DNA from: Azolla caroliniana
Lineage: Eukaryota > Plantae > Polypodiophyta
Assembly: GCA_043228905.1 (NCBI GenBank)
Contig: JBHGNT010000013.1
Coordinates: forward strand, 8,060,001 to 8,124,000
Direction: 5' to 3'
DNA: 64,000 bases
The notes under the pieces were generated by a model. That model was given only the letters and a program-made list of their open reading frames with translations. It had not been told where the DNA came from and did no database searches. A program made the position numbers and the translations under genes. Shown here piece after piece: positions 59,481 to 64,000 of this stretch. Position 1 is the stretch's first letter, and each line of letters starts with the position of its first letter.

Positions 59481-59780
59481 TAAATGAAAACGTGCGGAAG
59501 CGTGTGCGTAAAAGATAGAGTACACAATTTGGAAATATGACAATTCGGTGAAACACAGAAAACACAAAGAGAAGAAGAGGAGGAGAGACAGAGAGAGAGA
59601 GAGCAAACAACGACTCTATTCTAAGAAAATAAGACTCTGTACATAGGATGTGCTCAGAGAGCACTTTTATACAAGTCCATATGGACTGACAGAAGTACTC
59701 ACATGTACTTCAATGCTCATCAATGAGCCCCTACACTAACTCCCAAAATATATATTCCTCCACGGAATATCTTTCCAACA
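59481..59780 (-). repeat. Probable truncated Copia LTR
   Basis: Minus strand starts TGTTGGAAAG at 59780, has a TATAAAAG box followed by a CT-rich tract; no partner in the window. Confidence 0.45.
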
Positions 59781-62700
59781 TCCTCTTGGTTTACGCAGTA
59801 CTACATCTTCTCGTTGCCCACCCGGTTTACGCACCCAGCCTATGCACTGGTTTATGGACCAGTTTACGCATCGAATGTTGAGCTTGTATCTCAACACTCC
59901 CCCTTAAGCTCAACTTGAGGTTCTACCTGCTCTTCCGGATCTTCATTCCGGTTTCTCCTGGCTTCACGCCTTGCTCGCGCTCTTCGACCCGTTCGATTTC
60001 GCACCCTTCGACCCTTTTGTGCGGCCTTTCTCAACTGCCTTGTTGTCGCGGTGGTTGCGCCTCTTTCGTTGCCCTTTCCTCTGCTTGGCCTTTAGTTGAT
60101 TTGACATTTTCGAATCCAATGTTTCGATTGAATTGGTCGCTTCCGATTCGTCTCCGCTTTCGCTAGATTGGTTATCTCCAATTCGTTTTCTGTCTTCAGG
60201 CCCTTGACCACATCCGACCATTTCTTGATCTTGGCCTTTTCTTGATCTCGGTTGTCTTCTAGTCTTCCCTATGTTTGCCGCCCCTTTCTTCTCCTTCGGT
60301 TCCAACCCAAAATCGAATTCTTCATCCGACTCGAAATCACGGTCACTTCCGCTCCACTCACGCTCTTGTTCTTGTCTCCCCCTCAAGTTCAGCATGTCAA
60401 GGTGGCGCAACCCAAGTGCACCTGAGAATTGCCGCAACTTGTCGAGTCCAAGAGGCTTGGTGAAAATATCTGCAATTTGTCGACCCGTCGGAACATATAC
60501 TAGTTCAACGTGTCCGGAGAGGACACGCTAACAAAAGAAATGGTAGTGCACCTAAATGTGCTTGTTCCGTGCGTGGAATACATGGTTTTTCGCAAGTTGG
60601 ATGTTGCTGAGGTTGTCGCAGTAGATCGTCGTCGGAGCGGACACGTCCACATGCAGATGTTTAAGTAGGCTTTTGAGCCAAATGACTTCGCAAGTAGCAA
60701 TAGCCACCACTCAGTACTTGGCCTCCGTGCTCGACAGTTCCAGTCTCGACTACTTCTTACTACTCCACACGATCACCGCACTTCCCAACGAGAATGTGTA
60801 TCATGAGGTTGATCTGTGATCGCTGGCATTTCCGGCTCAATCTGCATCCGTGTAGCCAACTAACTATTCGGCTACTCCTGTCTAATATAGTAACACCATG
60901 TCCTTAGTGCCACTGACATATCACAATATTCTCTATGCGCATTGAAAATGTTTGGACGTGGGCTGCGACATAAATTGACTGATCAAGCGGACCGGGTAAC
61001 TAAGATCTGGTTGAGTGATCGTCAAATAGATTAGGCTTCCGACGATCTGTCAGAACCATGTCAGGTCGCACGCCTTTCCCAAATCTCTGTGAAGCTTTGC
61101 ATTTCTATCCAGAGGGGTTGAGATGAACTTACAATCTACCATCCCGAATGTCAAGAGCACATTCACCACGTAGTGACGTTGGCTGATGAGTATGCCTTCA
61201 AGGGTGCGGATCACTTCGATCCCTAGGAAGTAATGAAGGTATCATAGATCTTTCATGTTGAATGATGACCCAAGTTGAGACTTTACACGGCTGATTTCAT
61301 CTAGGTCGGCACCGGGGATGACTAGATCATCAACATAAAGTAAAAGACTAACCGGTTCATGTTGACCTTGTCGAACAAACAATGAAGAGTCCAATTTGGA
61401 CGTCGTAAAACCCATACGATATAGACGATCCGTGATCTTCGCGTTCCATGCGCATGGAGGTTGCATTAGTGTGTAGAGGGACGTCTTCAGTCGGCAAACT
61501 GCCGAGGTGTTCCAGTCGGATAGAAATCCGGGGGGTTGTACCATGTACACCTGTTCCTCAAGATCACCTTGTAGGAACACATTCTTTACATCCATCTAAC
61601 ATAAGTGTCAGCTCTTCGCCACTGCTACGGCCAACAGAACATGGACAATGGTCATCATCACGACAAGCGCAAAGGTCTCGTCGTAATTGACATCGTGCTT
61701 CTACGTGTAGCCTTTTGCCACTAACCGGGCCTTGTATCAGTTGACTAGTCTCATTGTCTTAAACCGTGCACATCTCTTCTTTCATCCCGGCTCGCTAGTT
61801 TGCGTTCTTCGCCACTTCTGCGTAGCTCTCCGGCTCACACACTTCTGTCACTCGCGTTATGTACGCGTAATGATGCGCCATTTACTTGTTGTATCCGAAG
61901 TGCACAATGGCGTTCTTCAAGCGAGTAGATCAGCGTAATTGCTCATTAACCAATTTTGAGGCCTTCTTGGCCGACACGGACTTTGTTTCCAGAGGTCCGT
62001 CTTGGTTCTTCTCGGAGTTGGATTCACATCGATCCAACTCATCCTTATCACTGCCATCCTCCGACATCTTTTTCTTTCCCTTCTCTTCGTGCGTAAGCCG
62101 TCTCCTCGGCTTCTTGCGCGGGGAATGCACGACCGAGTCACCACTACTCGCCGGCTCTGCGTCTGACTGGTCATGCTGACTCAGTCGCTCATTCGGCCCA
62201 CTTAGCCTAAATAAGCTCGGACTCTCTTCAAGAGCTCCGATGTCTCCCTCATCCAGAGGCATTTCAGCCTCGCTGACGTCTTCGTCAGTGATCGGAATGG
62301 AGTCGTTAGTGGTTGGAGGCGAAGGCAAGTACCACGACGCGGACTCGTCGAACACAACATCACGACTTACGCGAGCTTGTTTGGTTCGGGGATTATAACA
62401 CTTATAACCCTTTTGTTCGTCTGAGTAGTCATTCAAGATACACTTCTCGGCTTTGGTGTCCAGCTTCCTCTGTTACTCCTTCGGCACATGCACATACACG
62501 ATGCTACCGAAAACCCTCAAGTGTGCCAAGTTCGGCTTCTTCGTGAAGTACAATTCATGTGGTGATGCTCCGCCATTAGCAGAAGTCCGATTCTGCAGGT
62601 AAACAGATGTCCATACAGCTTCAGCCCAATAAAATTTTGGCATATGTTGCTCTTCCAGCATTGCCCTGGCCGCCTCTTCGATCATCCGATTTTTCTGCTC

Positions 62701-62790
62701 GGCCACGCCATTCTACTGCGATGTGTATCTGCAGAAGAATTTGCGCTGAATTCCTTCGTCCTGTAGATAATTCCTTCAAGCACTTACTGT
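59781..62790 (-). pseudogene. Decayed Copia (INT-RT-RH, 3' extension, PPT and start of 3' LTR)
   Basis: AHLRVFGS, SRDVVFDES, MDVKNVFLQG, LYVDDL, ADIFTKPL; PPT AAGGGGGAG followed by TGTTG at 59905-59892. Confidence 0.9.
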
Positions 62791-63574
62791 TGATCTTCAT
62801 AATTTGGTTCATCTACAACAGAGAAACATTTATGTGGAACAAAGGATGACAACACGAGCATAACTTAGGTGACAAGGAAACTTGCAAGAACTCAAGGTGG
62901 GGATATTAATAGCTACACATGTAGATGGCCATGAGCTAGGGTACCAATTCTGCATTGGTAAAGTTTTGGACGTGATGATGCATTAAAACTTTGTAATACA
63001 TCTATCATTGACATTGGTTAGGTGGATATCATTGTGTATGACTTTACACTGACAAAAGTTGGATGTTTAAGGACAACAACGATATACATAATAAAAGAGA
63101 TATTACCAAGTCTAGAAGATATCTCAGATTGAAGATGAAGAAGATTTACTCCACACAATTTGGAGACACCATTTGGTGAAGACAATGATTTGATTGGTAC
63201 ATTTGAAAATGAGGAGGAAGAGTCACAATTGTATATTATCTATAGTAGTGATTCTCATGAAAAGAAAGATGATATTTATGCAAATAACTCCCAAATGTAT
63301 TTGTTGTGCAACTATATGTAACAAATAAAAACGTTCATTGTTTTGAAATCCTCTGCTTTTGATTTCTTTGAGATCTAAAAACTTATTAGTTGTCATTTTT
63401 CTTTAAAAATACACAAAGTTACTTTTCGTATTTGACCAAAAATTGGCATTTTTCAATTTTACCAAATGGTAAAATTTTCAAATTTTTCATCAAGTTTTAG
63501 AGAACATGTGATACCAGTGTCAAGGTGTTTTGTGAAATGGCAAAGAAAACCCCAAAATCAAACGGAATATTCCT

Positions 63575-64000
63575 TATCCTTCCACTTGTGAACGCGAACG
63601 TGTTTCATGAGCAATCCCGAAAAAGAGGACTGGAACGCAATCAAGTGGATACTCCGGTACTTGAAAGGCACCTCGAGTATGTGCCTCCGGTTCGGCTCCG
63701 GAAAACCCCAATTTGACGGATTCATGGATTCGGATATGTCGGTTGATGTGGATACCAGTCGGTCTACATCCGAATATGTCATGACTTATGAAGGGGGACC
63801 TGTATCATGGCAGTCGAGGTTGCAGAAGTCCGTTGCACTGTCGACAACGAAAGCAGAGTACATGGTAGTGGTGGAAGTCAGCAAGGAGACAATCTGGATG
63901 AAGGACTTAATCAGAAAGCTAGGGATCCGGCAGGAGGAATTCCAGCTCTACTATGATAATCAAAGTGCCATCCACCTTGCAAAGAACGTGGCATACCATT
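63575..64000 (+). pseudogene. Copia RT end/RNase H fragment; runs off the right edge
   Basis: WNAIKWILRYLKG, DSDMSVDVDTSRSTS, VSWQSRLQKSVALSTTKAEY, DNQSAIHLAKN. Confidence 0.9.

Overview
Plant nuclear heterochromatin-like window made almost entirely of nested transposable elements. It is probably from a bryophyte, inferred from the Phygy-like and Tcn1-like gypsy types. No host protein gene is evident. The core is a 33-kb non-chromovirus gypsy element (A, 7920-40974, minus strand, TSD TCTAT). It contains a Tcn1-like chromovirus (B), a related non-chromovirus (C, which holds the deletion derivative D and an organelle-type tRNA-Arg insert) and a young, near-intact chromovirus (E). Further right lie a second Tcn1-like element (F), a decayed tRNA-Trp-primed gypsy (G), an apparently endonuclease-less Penelope-like element with a hammerhead ribozyme motif, and several decayed Copia pieces. 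An hAT-type MITE sits at 6183-7015. The most striking observation is that three elements with different LTRs (A, C, D) have no polypurine tract. Instead they carry a copy of a tRNA-Arg 3' end (GTCCCACGGGCGTGCCA) 2 nt before the 3' LTR, i.e. a second, inverted PBS, which suggests tRNA-primed or tRNA-mimic-primed plus-strand synthesis. All alignments and identities were done by eye.
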